DNA of 64,000 nt from an uncultured Acidobacteriota bacterium. Lineage in GTDB: Bacteria > Acidobacteriota > Thermoanaerobaculia > Multivoradales > UBA5704. Location of the stretch: NCBI GenBank assembly GCA_963700145.1, contig OY969474.1, forward strand, positions 1,120,001 to 1,184,000, written 5' to 3'. The notes beneath the pieces were generated by a model that saw only the letters and a list, made by a program, of their open reading frames with translations, searched no databases and was not told the origin of the DNA. Positions 31,633-40,332 of this stretch are shown here, one piece after another. Position 1 is the first letter of the stretch; each line of letters opens with the position of its first letter. The position numbers and the translations under genes are program-made.

Positions 31633-32298
31633 GTGAATCACCGTTTGCGCTGGCTGTTCTTCTGGCTCGTCGTCCGCCCGGTCATCCTCGTCGTCCTCGG
31701 GCTCAACGTGCGGCACCGCGAGCGCCTGCCAAACGACGGCCCGGCGATCCTCGTCGCCAACCACAACAGCCACCTCGACACGATGGTGCTGATGACGCTG
31801 CTGCCGACGCGGCTCCTGCCCAAGGTCCGGCCGGTGGCGGCGGCGGACTACTTCCTGAAGGGGCCGCTCCTCTCCTGGTTCGCCCTGCACATCATCGGCA
31901 TCCTGCCGGTGGCGCGCGGCGGCGGCGCCAAGGGCAAGCCCGCTCCTGGCGAGCCGGCGCCCGATCCGCTCGCCTCCGCCTCCGCCGCCCTGGCGCGCGG
32001 CGAGATCGTCATCCTCTTCCCCGAGGGCTCGCGCGGCGAGCCGGAGCGCTTGGCCGAATTCAAGAGCGGCGTCTGGCACCTGGCGCGCCGCTGTCCGGAG
32101 GCGCCGGTCGTGCCGGTCTTCCTCCACGGCCTCGGCAAGACGCTGCCGCGCGGCTCCGTCCTGCCGGTCCCCTTTTTCTGCGACGTCTTCGTCGGCGAGC
32201 CGGTGCCGCTCGGCGGCGACAAGGGCGCCTTCCTCGCCGATCTCAAGGCGCGGATGCAGGGGCTGGCGGCGGAAGGGCGGCTGTCGGTGTGGGAGTGA
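31633..32298 (+). CDS. 1-acyl-sn-glycerol-3-phosphate acyltransferase (PlsC family)
   Basis: [15 protein letters not shown] and FKSG motifs. Confidence 0.92.
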   Translation: MNHRLRWLFFWLVVRPVILVVLGLNVRHRERLPNDGPAILVANHNSHLDTMVLMTLLPTRLLPKVRPVAAADYFLKGPLLSWFALHIIGILPVARGGGAKGKPAPGEPAPDPLASASAALARGEIVILFPEGSRGEPERLAEFKSGVWHLARRCPEAPVVPVFLHGLGKTLPRGSVLPVPFFCDVFVGEPVPLGGDKGAFLADLKARMQGLAAEGRLSVWE

Positions 32299-32828
32299 TC
32301 CTCGCCGTCGCCGCGCTCTGGGGGTTCGCGGAGGCGACGGTCTTCTTCCTCGTCCCCGACGTCTTGCTCACCTGGATCGCGCTCCACGACCGCGGACGTG
32401 CGATCCGCGCCTGTCTTGCGGCGCTCGCGGGCGCCTTGCTGGGCGGAGCGCTGATGTTCGCCTGGGGAGCGCGCGACCCGGTGGCGGCGCGGGCGCTCCT
32501 CGACCGGGTGCCCTCGATCTCGCGCGGGATGATCGAGCGGGTGGAGGGGGAGATCGCCGAGCGCGGGGCCGTCGCCACGGTCCTCGGCCCGCTGCGCGGT
32601 ACGCCCTACAAGATCTACGCGGCGCTGAGCGGCGAGAAAGGAGAGGGCCTGGCGAGGTTCCTGGCCGTCTCCGTCCTCGCCCGTCTACCCCGCTTCCTGT
32701 TGCTCACCTTGGCTGCCGCCGGCGTCTCCGCCCTCCTCCGCGGCTGGAGCCTCGGCCGCAAGCGCGCCCTCCATGCCGCGCTCTGGGGCGCCTTCTACGG
32801 CGCATATTTCGCGCTGATGCCGAACTGA
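32289..32828 (+). CDS. DedA/YqaA-like membrane protein
   Basis: [18 protein letters not shown] and ARLPRF motifs. Confidence 0.7.
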   Translation: MGVILAVAALWGFAEATVFFLVPDVLLTWIALHDRGRAIRACLAALAGALLGGALMFAWGARDPVAARALLDRVPSISRGMIERVEGEIAERGAVATVLGPLRGTPYKIYAALSGEKGEGLARFLAVSVLARLPRFLLLTLAAAGVSALLRGWSLGRKRALHAALWGAFYGAYFALMPN

Positions 32829-32866
32829 TGCGCGTCACGGCGGTGGGCTAGAGTCTCCAGCCGCTC

Positions 32867-34360
32867 GTGACTCCAGCCGCCCCGCCACGCCTCGTCTACG
32901 AGCTGTACGCCCGCCCCTGGCTCGCCGACCTGGCGCGCCGGTTGGGGCGGCGGATCACCCTCGCCGAGGCGCCGCGCGGCGAGCTCGACCGCCTGGCCGC
33001 CACGGGCGCCGACTTCCTCTGGCTGATGGGGGTCTGGCCGTCGGGGCCGCGCGGCATCGAGATCGCCCGCACGCTGCCGGAGCTACGCGCGGAGTACCTG
33101 CGCCTGCTGCCCGACTTCGCGGAGGCGGACGTCGGCGGCTCCCCCTACTCGATCGCGGCCTACAGCGTCGACCCGCTGCTCGGCGGCGCCGGCGCGCTGG
33201 CCTGGCTGCGCGCGCGGCTCGCCAACCGCGGCATCCGGCTGCTCCTCGACTTCGCCGTCAACCACACCGGCGTCGACCACCCCTGGGTGACCGAGAGCCC
33301 CGACCTCTACGTGCAGGGCGACGAGGAGGACCTGGCGCGGGCGCCGCGGGATTTCTTCGCCGTCGAGACGCAGCTCGGCCCGCGCGTCCTGGCGCACGGC
33401 CGCGATCCCTACTTCCCTCCCTGGACCGACACCGCGCAGCTCAACCTCTTCCATCCGGAGACCCGGCGGCGGCTGCGCGACACGCTGCTCGAGATGGCCG
33501 ACCTCTGCGACGGCGTGCGCTGCGACATGGCGATGCTGGCGCTCACGGAGGTCTTCGACCACACCTGGTGGGGACGGGCGCGCGCGCCGCTGCCGGCGCC
33601 GGCGGCGGGCGAGGCGTGGGGCGACCTGATCGGCGCGGTGCGAGAGAAGCGTCCCGACTTCCTCTTCGTCGCCGAGGCCTACTGGGGGCTCGAGCCGGCG
33701 CTCGAGGAGCTGGGCTTCGACGTCACCTACGACAAGACGCTCTACGAGCGGCTGCGCGACGGCTCCGGGCGCGCGGTGCGCGACCACCTGCTCGGCGACC
33801 CCGCCCGCCAGGGGCGCGCACTGCGCTTCCTCGAGAACCACGACGAGCCGCGCGCCGCCGCCGCCTTCCCCTGGGAGCGCCACCGCGCCGCCGCGGTCGT
33901 CGCCGCCACCGTCCCCGGCCTGCTGCTCCTCCACGACGGCCAGCTCGAAGGGCGGCGCGAGCGCCAGCCGGTCCAGCTCCTGCGCCGCCCGTCCGAGCCG
34001 GCGGCGCCCGAGGTGGCGGCCTTCTACGAGCGCCTCCTCGCCGCCGCGCGCCAGCGCCCGCAAAACGGCTGGCGCCTCCTCGCGCCGCGCCTGGCCTGGG
34101 ACGGAAACCCGACGAGCGAGGACTTCGTCGCCTCCGTTTGGGAGGAGAACGGCGGGCGGCGCCTGGCGGCGGTCAACTTCGCGCCGGCGCCGGGGCAGTG
34201 CTACCTGGAGCTGGCGGGGCTGGAAGGCGGCGAGGTCGAGTTGCGCGACGCGCTGTCGGAGGCGACCTACCGCCGCGACGGCGGCGAGCTGGCGGCGCGC
34301 GGCCTCTACCTCGACCTGCCGCCGTACGGCGCCCACCTGTTCGACGTGGTGCGCGTCTAG
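32867..34360 (+). CDS. GH13 alpha-amylase family glycosidase
   Basis: LDFAVNH, DGVRCDMA, FVAEAY and FLENHDE conserved regions. Confidence 0.9.
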   Translation: MTPAAPPRLVYELYARPWLADLARRLGRRITLAEAPRGELDRLAATGADFLWLMGVWPSGPRGIEIARTLPELRAEYLRLLPDFAEADVGGSPYSIAAYSVDPLLGGAGALAWLRARLANRGIRLLLDFAVNHTGVDHPWVTESPDLYVQGDEEDLARAPRDFFAVETQLGPRVLAHGRDPYFPPWTDTAQLNLFHPETRRRLRDTLLEMADLCDGVRCDMAMLALTEVFDHTWWGRARAPLPAPAAGEAWGDLIGAVREKRPDFLFVAEAYWGLEPALEELGFDVTYDKTLYERLRDGSGRAVRDHLLGDPARQGRALRFLENHDEPRAAAAFPWERHRAAAVVAATVPGLLLLHDGQLEGRRERQPVQLLRRPSEPAAPEVAAFYERLLAAARQRPQNGWRLLAPRLAWDGNPTSEDFVASVWEENGGRRLAAVNFAPAPGQCYLELAGLEGGEVELRDALSEATYRRDGGELAARGLYLDLPPYGAHLFDVVRV

Positions 34361-34806
34361 GACGCCGCCGAGCTGGGCGCCGCTACTTCCGCGCAGTGCT
34401 CGTCGAAGGCGGCCGTGAGGTCCCCGGCCACCTGCTCGGCGCTCCGCCCTTCGATGCGGTGGCGCGGCAGGAACCAGACCAGCTCGCCGTCTTTGAAGAG
34501 AGCCACCGACGGGCTGCTCGGCGGGACGTCGGGGATGTAGCCGCGGAAGCGCGCCGTCGCCTCGACGTCCTGGCCGGCGAAGACGGTGGCGAGACGCTCG
34601 GGGCGGCGCTCGTGGCGCAGCGCCAGGCGCACGCCGGGGCGGGCCATGCCGGCGGCGCAGCCGCAGACCGAGTTGACGACGAGCAGTGCGGTGCCGGACG
34701 CGCTGCGCATCCAGTCGTCCACCTGCTGCGGGGTGGTGAGCTCTTCGACGCCGGCGCTGGTCAATTCCTCGCGCATCGGGCGGACTAGCAATGGGCTGTG
34801 GGGCAC
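34357..34806 (-). CDS. BrxA/BrxB family bacilliredoxin
   Basis: PMREELT, VVNSVCGCAAGMARPG, TVFAGQD and PPSSPS motifs; RBS AAGGAGG before GTG 34806. Confidence 0.9.
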   Translation of the reverse strand: MPHSPLLVRPMREELTSAGVEELTTPQQVDDWMRSASGTALLVVNSVCGCAAGMARPGVRLALRHERRPERLATVFAGQDVEATARFRGYIPDVPPSSPSVALFKDGELVWFLPRHRIEGRSAEQVAGDLTAAFDEHCAEVAAPSSAAS

Positions 34807-34900
34807 GGGGGCACCTCCTTCGTTCTCGGCTATTCTATCGGAGCCCGGCGCGAACCCGCATCCGAGAATCGACCGCCCGCTCCGGCGGGCGACCTCTCGG

Positions 34901-34926
34901 GTAGCGGAGCCCAGACTGGGCTCCGC
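34901..34926. repeat. GTAG-type REP-like hairpin
   Basis: GTA-GCGGAGCCCAG-a-CTGGGCTCCGC, an 11-bp perfect inverted repeat between divergent genes. Confidence 0.55.
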
Positions 34927-34951
34927 AAAGCCTTCGCGCCTAGACCGCCCC

Positions 34952-35680
34952 ATGCGCCGCCTGCCTTTCCTCACCCTCGCCGCCGCCGTCCTCCTCCTCG
35001 CCGCCGCCCCGCCGCCCAAGGCGCCCAAGGCGCCGACCCGCCCGCTGCGCGCCGGCTTCCTGATCGTCGACGGCGTCTACAACACCGAGCTGGCGGCGCC
35101 GTACGACGTCCTCCACCACGCCGGGCTGCACGCCAAGCCGGGGATCGAGGTCTTCACCGTCTCGCCGGACGGGCGGCCGGTGACCAGCTTCGAGGGGCTC
35201 AAGATCCAGGCCCACCACTCCTTCGCCAACGCGCCGGCGATCGACATCCTGGTCGTGCCGAGCACCAAGGGGAGCATGGACGCCGACCTCAAGCGCCCGG
35301 CGCTGATCGCCTGGGTGCGGAAGACGGGAGCCAAGGCGCGCTACGTCATGTCGCTCTGCGACGGCGCCTTCGTGCTCGCCAAGGCGGGGCTCCTCGACGG
35401 CGTCGCCGCCACCACCTTCCCCGACGACTACGAGCGCTTCGCCCGCGCCTTCCCGAAGGTGGACCTGCGCGTCAACGTCAGCTTCGTACAGGACGGCAAG
35501 GCGCTGACCTCGCAGGGGGGCGCGCGGAGCTACGCCGTGGCGCTCCATCTCGTGCAGCAGCTCTACGGGCTGAACGTGGCGAAGCGGGTGGCGCACGGTC
35601 TGCTCGTCCCGTGGCCGCCGGCGCCGGGGACCCGGCCGGGGTTCGTGGTCGAGGACGCGCTGCCGCCGCCGGGACGCTAG
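34952..35680 (+). CDS. DJ-1/PfpI family protein (secreted)
   Basis: Signal peptide; DGVYNTE, DILVVP and nucleophile elbow SLCDGAFVLA. Confidence 0.85.
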   Translation: MRRLPFLTLAAAVLLLAAAPPPKAPKAPTRPLRAGFLIVDGVYNTELAAPYDVLHHAGLHAKPGIEVFTVSPDGRPVTSFEGLKIQAHHSFANAPAIDILVVPSTKGSMDADLKRPALIAWVRKTGAKARYVMSLCDGAFVLAKAGLLDGVAATTFPDDYERFARAFPKVDLRVNVSFVQDGKALTSQGGARSYAVALHLVQQLYGLNVAKRVAHGLLVPWPPAPGTRPGFVVEDALPPPGR

Positions 35681-35994
35681 GCCGCCGACTCGTCCGGTGC
35701 TTCGGCCACCAGCAGCAGCTTCTCCGCCATCATCTCGCCGAGCACGCGGCGCACGTCCCTCTCCTCCGTCTCGGGCTCGGCCTCCAGCTCGTCCTCGAGC
35801 GCGTCGATCAGCTCGCCGACGCTGAGGCCGCGGGCGGTCAAGTCCCAGATCCGGCCGCTCAGCTCGTCGAGGGCGTAGTGGCGGCCGTTGTCGGGATCGA
35901 GGAGCACGCGGCTGCCGGCCACTTTTTGCTCGATCACCCGGGTGGTGGGCGTGAGTCGCGTGCGGGGATCCACGGTGAGGGGTGCGGGGTTCAA
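35677..35994 (-). CDS. Stand-alone PqqD family (RiPP recognition element) protein
   Basis: VLLDPDNGRHYALDELSGRIWDL...SVGELIDAL...ERDVRRVLGEMMAEKLL; TTG start with GGAGG RBS. Confidence 0.85.
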   Translation of the reverse strand: MNPAPLTVDPRTRLTPTTRVIEQKVAGSRVLLDPDNGRHYALDELSGRIWDLTARGLSVGELIDALEDELEAEPETEERDVRRVLGEMMAEKLLLVAEAPDESAA

Positions 35995-36019
35995 GTTTCG
36001 TGCCTCCAGGGTCGAGGTC

Positions 36020-37195
36020 TCACCCCGGCGCGAGGACGAAGGCCGCCGCCAGGCCGTCGGCGACGGCGAGGCCGGCGGGCGAGGGGACCAGCCGCTCGCC
36101 GCGGCGCGCCAGCAGGCCGTCGGCGGCGAGCCGCTCGAGGAGCCCGGCGTTGGCGGCGAGGAGATCGACCGCGTAGCGCTCGCGCAGCGCCGCCAGGTCT
36201 ACGCCCTCGGCGCGGCGCAGCCCGAGGAGCAGGGCCTCGAGCGCCAGCTCCTCCCGCCCCAGCGTCTCGCCGCCGGCCTCCGGCCGCTCCCCCGCTTCGA
36301 CCCGCCGCTCCCAGGCGTCGAGCGAGCGCTCGTTCCACCAGCGGCGGCGGCCGTCGAAGGAGTGCGCCGAGGGGCCGAGCCCGAGGTAGGGCGCGTGCTC
36401 CCAGTACTTCCGGTTGTGGCGCGAGCGGTGCTCGGGCGCGCGGGCGAAGTTGGAGACCTCGTACGCCGGGTAGCCGGCGTCGGCGAGGAAGGCATGGGTG
36501 AGTGCGAAGAGCCCCGCCTGTGCCTCGCCGGGCAGCTCGCGCAGCGCGCCGCGGTCGCGGCGGGCGCCGAAGGGCGTCCCGTCGTGGACGGTGAGCTGGT
36601 AGCAGGAGAGGTGCTGCGGCGCGAGCCGCACCGCCTCTTCCAGTGTGCGCCGCCAGTCGGCCGGCGAGCCGCCGGGGAGGCCCTCGGGCAAGCCGTAGAT
36701 CAGATCGATCGAGACCGTCTCGAAGCCGGCGGCGAGCGCGAGCTCGACGCTGCGCCGCGCTTCGCCCGCGTCGTGGCGGCGGCCGAGAAAGGCGAGGTCC
36801 GCCGCCGCGAAGGACTGGACGCCGAGCGAGAGCGTGGCGACGCCGAGCGCCCGCCAGGCGGCCAGGCTCGCGGGCGTGACGTCCTCCGGGTTGGCTTCGA
36901 GGAAGACGCGGGCGCCGGCGACGACGCCGAGGCGCTCGCGGGCGGCTTCGAGGATGCGCGCCAGCTCCTCGGGCAGGAGGCAGGACGGCGTGCCGCCGCC
37001 GAAGTAGATCGTGTCGAAGCCGGCGAGCGGTGCCGGCGCGCCGGCCCACAGCCCGATCTCGGCGAGCAGATGCGCCACGAACCGCGCCCGCCGCTCCCGC
37101 CCCCCCGTCCGCACCGCGAAGTCGCAGTACGGGCAGACCGCCGAGCAGAACGGCACGTGGAGGTAGAGGCCGGGGGCGGCGGTGCGGGAAGGCAT
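36020..37195 (-). CDS. hemW: Radical SAM heme chaperone HemW
   Basis: YLHVPFCSAVCPYCDF, FGGGTPS, EANP, DLIYGLP, YEVSNFA and the HemW-specific HNRKYW. Confidence 0.9.
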   Translation of the reverse strand: MPSRTAAPGLYLHVPFCSAVCPYCDFAVRTGGRERRARFVAHLLAEIGLWAGAPAPLAGFDTIYFGGGTPSCLLPEELARILEAARERLGVVAGARVFLEANPEDVTPASLAAWRALGVATLSLGVQSFAAADLAFLGRRHDAGEARRSVELALAAGFETVSIDLIYGLPEGLPGGSPADWRRTLEEAVRLAPQHLSCYQLTVHDGTPFGARRDRGALRELPGEAQAGLFALTHAFLADAGYPAYEVSNFARAPEHRSRHNRKYWEHAPYLGLGPSAHSFDGRRRWWNERSLDAWERRVEAGERPEAGGETLGREELALEALLLGLRRAEGVDLAALRERYAVDLLAANAGLLERLAADGLLARRGERLVPSPAGLAVADGLAAAFVLAPG

Positions 37196-37294
37196 GCGCC
37201 GCGAGGGTAGCACCGGCGCGACGCACCGTTGAACCACCGGCCGCGCGCCGGGCACAGACCGCCAAGCGGGAAAGAAAACTTGGAGGAGGGTGCC

Positions 37295-38950
37295 ATGCGC
37301 AGCGTCGCGCGGCTCGCGGCCACGGTTCTGCTTCTTTTCGCGCTTTCTCCCATTCCCGTCGTCGCCGGCACGCCGCCGAGCGGCGGCAACGCCAACTTCC
37401 GCGTCCCGCCGGCCGACCCCGCCCGGAGCACGCCGGCCAAGGCGAAGAAGCTCAAGGTGGTGCGCTCGCCGCGGGCCGCGCCGGAGGCGCTGGCGCCGAT
37501 CGACAGTGAGCCGGGCTACTGCGGCGACGGCCTCTGCCGCGGCGCCGACGGTGAGAGCTCCTCGAACTGCCCGGACGACTGCGGCGGCGGCTCGCCTCCT
37601 CCACCGCCCCCGCCGCCGCCCCCGAGCTGCGCGGGATTGAACGTGCGCGCCGTCAACGTTGTGGACAACGACCTGGTCGGGCCGATGCCGACCGGCGGCG
37701 GCAACTGTAACTGCGTCGTGCGCATCGACACCACGCGCCGGGCGGTGCGCGGCAGCGAGCTGTTCCAGGAGTGCGGCACCGCCAACTTCTTCAGCGACGG
37801 CCACTACGGCCACGGCAACTGCCCGCCGTGCCGGGACTTCCCCCACGACGCGCCGTTGGGCCGCTGGGGCGTCGAGCTCACGAACCCTTCGGTCGCGTCG
37901 CCTCTGCCCGGCGCCACGACCAGCGAGCCCAGCCTGGCGCAGGACTTCAAGCAGTGGCCCAGCTCGCGCACTCAGGCCCAAGACGGTCACGAGGGCGACT
38001 GGAACAGTTGCACCTGCGACACCCAGCACTTCGCCGCGGGCGAGGCAGACTCCCTGTTCCGGGCGCGCGCCGGCTGGTTCAAGATCAACAGCAGCGCGCA
38101 GACCTGCGCGCCCCTCGCCTCGCAAGTGATCTCCGTCGGCTTCACGCTCAACCTCTGGGAGCTCGATCCCGGCCTCACGCGCGACCAGGGCGACGACGAC
38201 CTGGTGGCCGTTTTCACCCGCGCTTTCGGCATCGGCCTGACGTGCGATGCGCCGAACGGGATCTGCACCGGCTCCGTCCCGGCGGTCTTCCAGAACCCGA
38301 CCGGATCGGTGGCTGGCGAGGGTGACGTCTCGATCGAGTGCCGCAGCCGCCCGTGGGAGGAGAGCTGTCTGTCCGAGTGCGGCTCGACGCGCGAGTGCGG
38401 CACGGACCGCTGCGGCAACGACTGCGGCGGCTGCCCCTGGCCGCAGGTCTGCAACGACGGCCGGTGCCAGAGCACCTGCACCCCTTGCCTCGGCCAAGAG
38501 TGTGGTTGGGACTTGAACTGCAACAGCGGCCAGTGGTGCGGCAGTTGCCCGCCGTCGCAGGTGTGCGAGGGCGGGACCTGTTGGGAGACTTGCACCCCCT
38601 GCGCAGGTCAGACTTGCGGCTGGGACCGTAACTGCGGCTCCTTCACCTGGTGCGGCGACTGCAACCCGCCCTTCGAGTGCAACAACTGGGGGCAGTGCGA
38701 GGACACGAGCGTCTGCGTCATCGAGTGCGGCGACGGGATCTGCTGCGTCTCGGAGACGGACCCGTGGTCCGAGCTGTACTGCCCGGCCGACTGCGGCTGG
38801 GGCGGGGGCGGTGGGGGTGGTGGCGGCGGCGGGGGCGGGGGCGGCGGCGGATGCAGTTGCGACTGCGACGGCGACGGCTGGGTGACCGACGCCGAGTGCA
38901 CCGGCGGCTGCGGCGGCCGGATCGAAGGGGAGTACTGCGTGCTCGACTAA
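37295..38950 (+). CDS. Secreted cysteine-rich repeat protein
   Basis: RBS GGAGGAGG; signal peptide; poly-Pro linker; three ~38-aa 8-Cys repeats; two CGDG.C...CP.DC motifs; 17-Gly run. Confidence 0.8.
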   Translation: MRSVARLAATVLLLFALSPIPVVAGTPPSGGNANFRVPPADPARSTPAKAKKLKVVRSPRAAPEALAPIDSEPGYCGDGLCRGADGESSSNCPDDCGGGSPPPPPPPPPPSCAGLNVRAVNVVDNDLVGPMPTGGGNCNCVVRIDTTRRAVRGSELFQECGTANFFSDGHYGHGNCPPCRDFPHDAPLGRWGVELTNPSVASPLPGATTSEPSLAQDFKQWPSSRTQAQDGHEGDWNSCTCDTQHFAAGEADSLFRARAGWFKINSSAQTCAPLASQVISVGFTLNLWELDPGLTRDQGDDDLVAVFTRAFGIGLTCDAPNGICTGSVPAVFQNPTGSVAGEGDVSIECRSRPWEESCLSECGSTRECGTDRCGNDCGGCPWPQVCNDGRCQSTCTPCLGQECGWDLNCNSGQWCGSCPPSQVCEGGTCWETCTPCAGQTCGWDRNCGSFTWCGDCNPPFECNNWGQCEDTSVCVIECGDGICCVSETDPWSELYCPADCGWGGGGGGGGGGGGGGGGGCSCDCDGDGWVTDAECTGGCGGRIEGEYCVLD

Positions 38951-40332
38951 GGCGGCACGGGCGTGCTCGGCGCGACGGCGCGGCTGAACATCAGGCCGTC
39001 CACCACCTCGCCCCAGGGGGCGCGAATCTCCTGGTGGCCGAGCGGACGGCCGACCAGCGGGCGGCGGAGCCACTCGCCGCCCGCCGGCGGCCGCCGCAGG
39101 TCGACGATGGCATGCTCGAGGCAGGCGCGGCGCAGCAGGTCCTCGAGCGTGCCGGCGCTCGCCGGCGCGACCGGCTCGGGCTGCGGCTCGAAGGGAGTGG
39201 CGATACTCCCTTCATAGGCGGTGAAACCGAGGACGTACATCGCGTCTCCAAGCTCCTTCGCCGCCACCTCCCCCATCACCGTCACCTGGCGGTAGTGCTC
39301 GGCGAGGCCCGGCTCCTCGGGCTCGAGGGGGCCGAGCCCGCGCGCCGCGTGGTAGGTGGCCGCCCAGCCGACGATCTTCCGCCCCGGGTAGCGCCGCTGC
39401 GCCAGCCAGATCAGGTTCCGCCCCATCTGCGTGTCGCGCAGGCGCCCGATCTCCGCCGTGATCGACTGGGCCGCGGGATCGTAGAGCCACGCCTGCCGCG
39501 CGGCGGGGCCGATCCCCTCCAGCACCTGGAGCCAGAACGTGGTCTCCGCGTCGTCCGCGGCGCCACGCGCCGCCACCTCCGCGCGCACCGTCTCCAGGCG
39601 GCTCAGGAAGAGCGCCTGCTCCTCCGCCGGCGGGTCCGGCGCCTTGCCGCGCGGATAGAGGTTCTCGGCCAGCGCCTGGAGCTGCGCCGCGAACGGCTCC
39701 CACTCGGGGCCGCCGGCGAAGGGTGTGCCGAGCCGGTCTAGGTGGGCGCGGAGGTCGGCGACCAGGCGCTCGCGGCTGGCGCTGCCGGTGAACTGATCGT
39801 CGAAGCCGGCGAGCTCCAGCGGCCGCGGCCCGCGCGCCTGCGTGCCCAGGTAGGCGATGAGCGGTTGGACCTGCGCGCTCTTGGTCCAGATCGGGAAGAC
39901 GCAGCGCGGCACCGCCGTCGCCGCTGCCTCGCCGGCGCGCAGCCGCTCCCAGGCGACGGCGCAGTCGAAGAGCCCGCTCTCGAAAGCGAGGACGTCGAAG
40001 CCCATCTCCTGGTGCAGGAACGCGATCAGCCGCGTCTTGGCGAGGAAGACCGTACCCTCGCCGTGCGACTGCTCGCCGAGCAGCACGACGCGAGCGTCGC
40101 GGAGCACTTCCTTGAGCGGCTGGAGGTCGGCGAAGTCGTCGTCCGCGGGATCGACCGAGCGGACGCGGATGGCGTTGGCGGCGAGCCAGCGGACGCGCGG
40201 GTCGTTGGAGGCAGAACCTTCGAGACAGTCGGGGGCGGGCGCGGGGGCGGCGCGAGGCGGGGCGCTCGAAGAGCGGCAGGCGGCGAGGAGGAGAAGGAGG
40301 GCGAGGAGGCTGCGGCGTCGCGGAGCGGTCAT
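38947..40332 (-). CDS. Erythromycin esterase family lipoprotein
   Basis: Lipobox LAAC; LLGEQSHG, LAFESG, RDTQMGRNL and KIVGWAATYH motifs. Confidence 0.88.
   Translation of the reverse strand: MTAPRRRSLLALLLLLAACRSSSAPPRAAPAPAPDCLEGSASNDPRVRWLAANAIRVRSVDPADDDFADLQPLKEVLRDARVVLLGEQSHGEGTVFLAKTRLIAFLHQEMGFDVLAFESGLFDCAVAWERLRAGEAAATAVPRCVFPIWTKSAQVQPLIAYLGTQARGPRPLELAGFDDQFTGSASRERLVADLRAHLDRLGTPFAGGPEWEPFAAQLQALAENLYPRGKAPDPPAEEQALFLSRLETVRAEVAARGAADDAETTFWLQVLEGIGPAARQAWLYDPAAQSITAEIGRLRDTQMGRNLIWLAQRRYPGRKIVGWAATYHAARGLGPLEPEEPGLAEHYRQVTVMGEVAAKELGDAMYVLGFTAYEGSIATPFEPQPEPVAPASAGTLEDLLRRACLEHAIVDLRRPPAGGEWLRRPLVGRPLGHQEIRAPWGEVVDGLMFSRAVAPSTPVPP

Noticed and set aside
37295-38950. Cys-rich protein as a ranthipeptide/RiPP precursor for HemW-PqqD
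   Set aside because: It is 551 aa, Sec-exported, with even-numbered Cys repeats typical of disulfides; HemW has the chaperone signature. Kept only as a weak hypothesis.
36020-39073. 1017-aa HemW fusion
   Set aside because: The N-terminal extension is the antisense of the Cys-rich gene; the real start is ATG 37195, with a -10 box just upstream.
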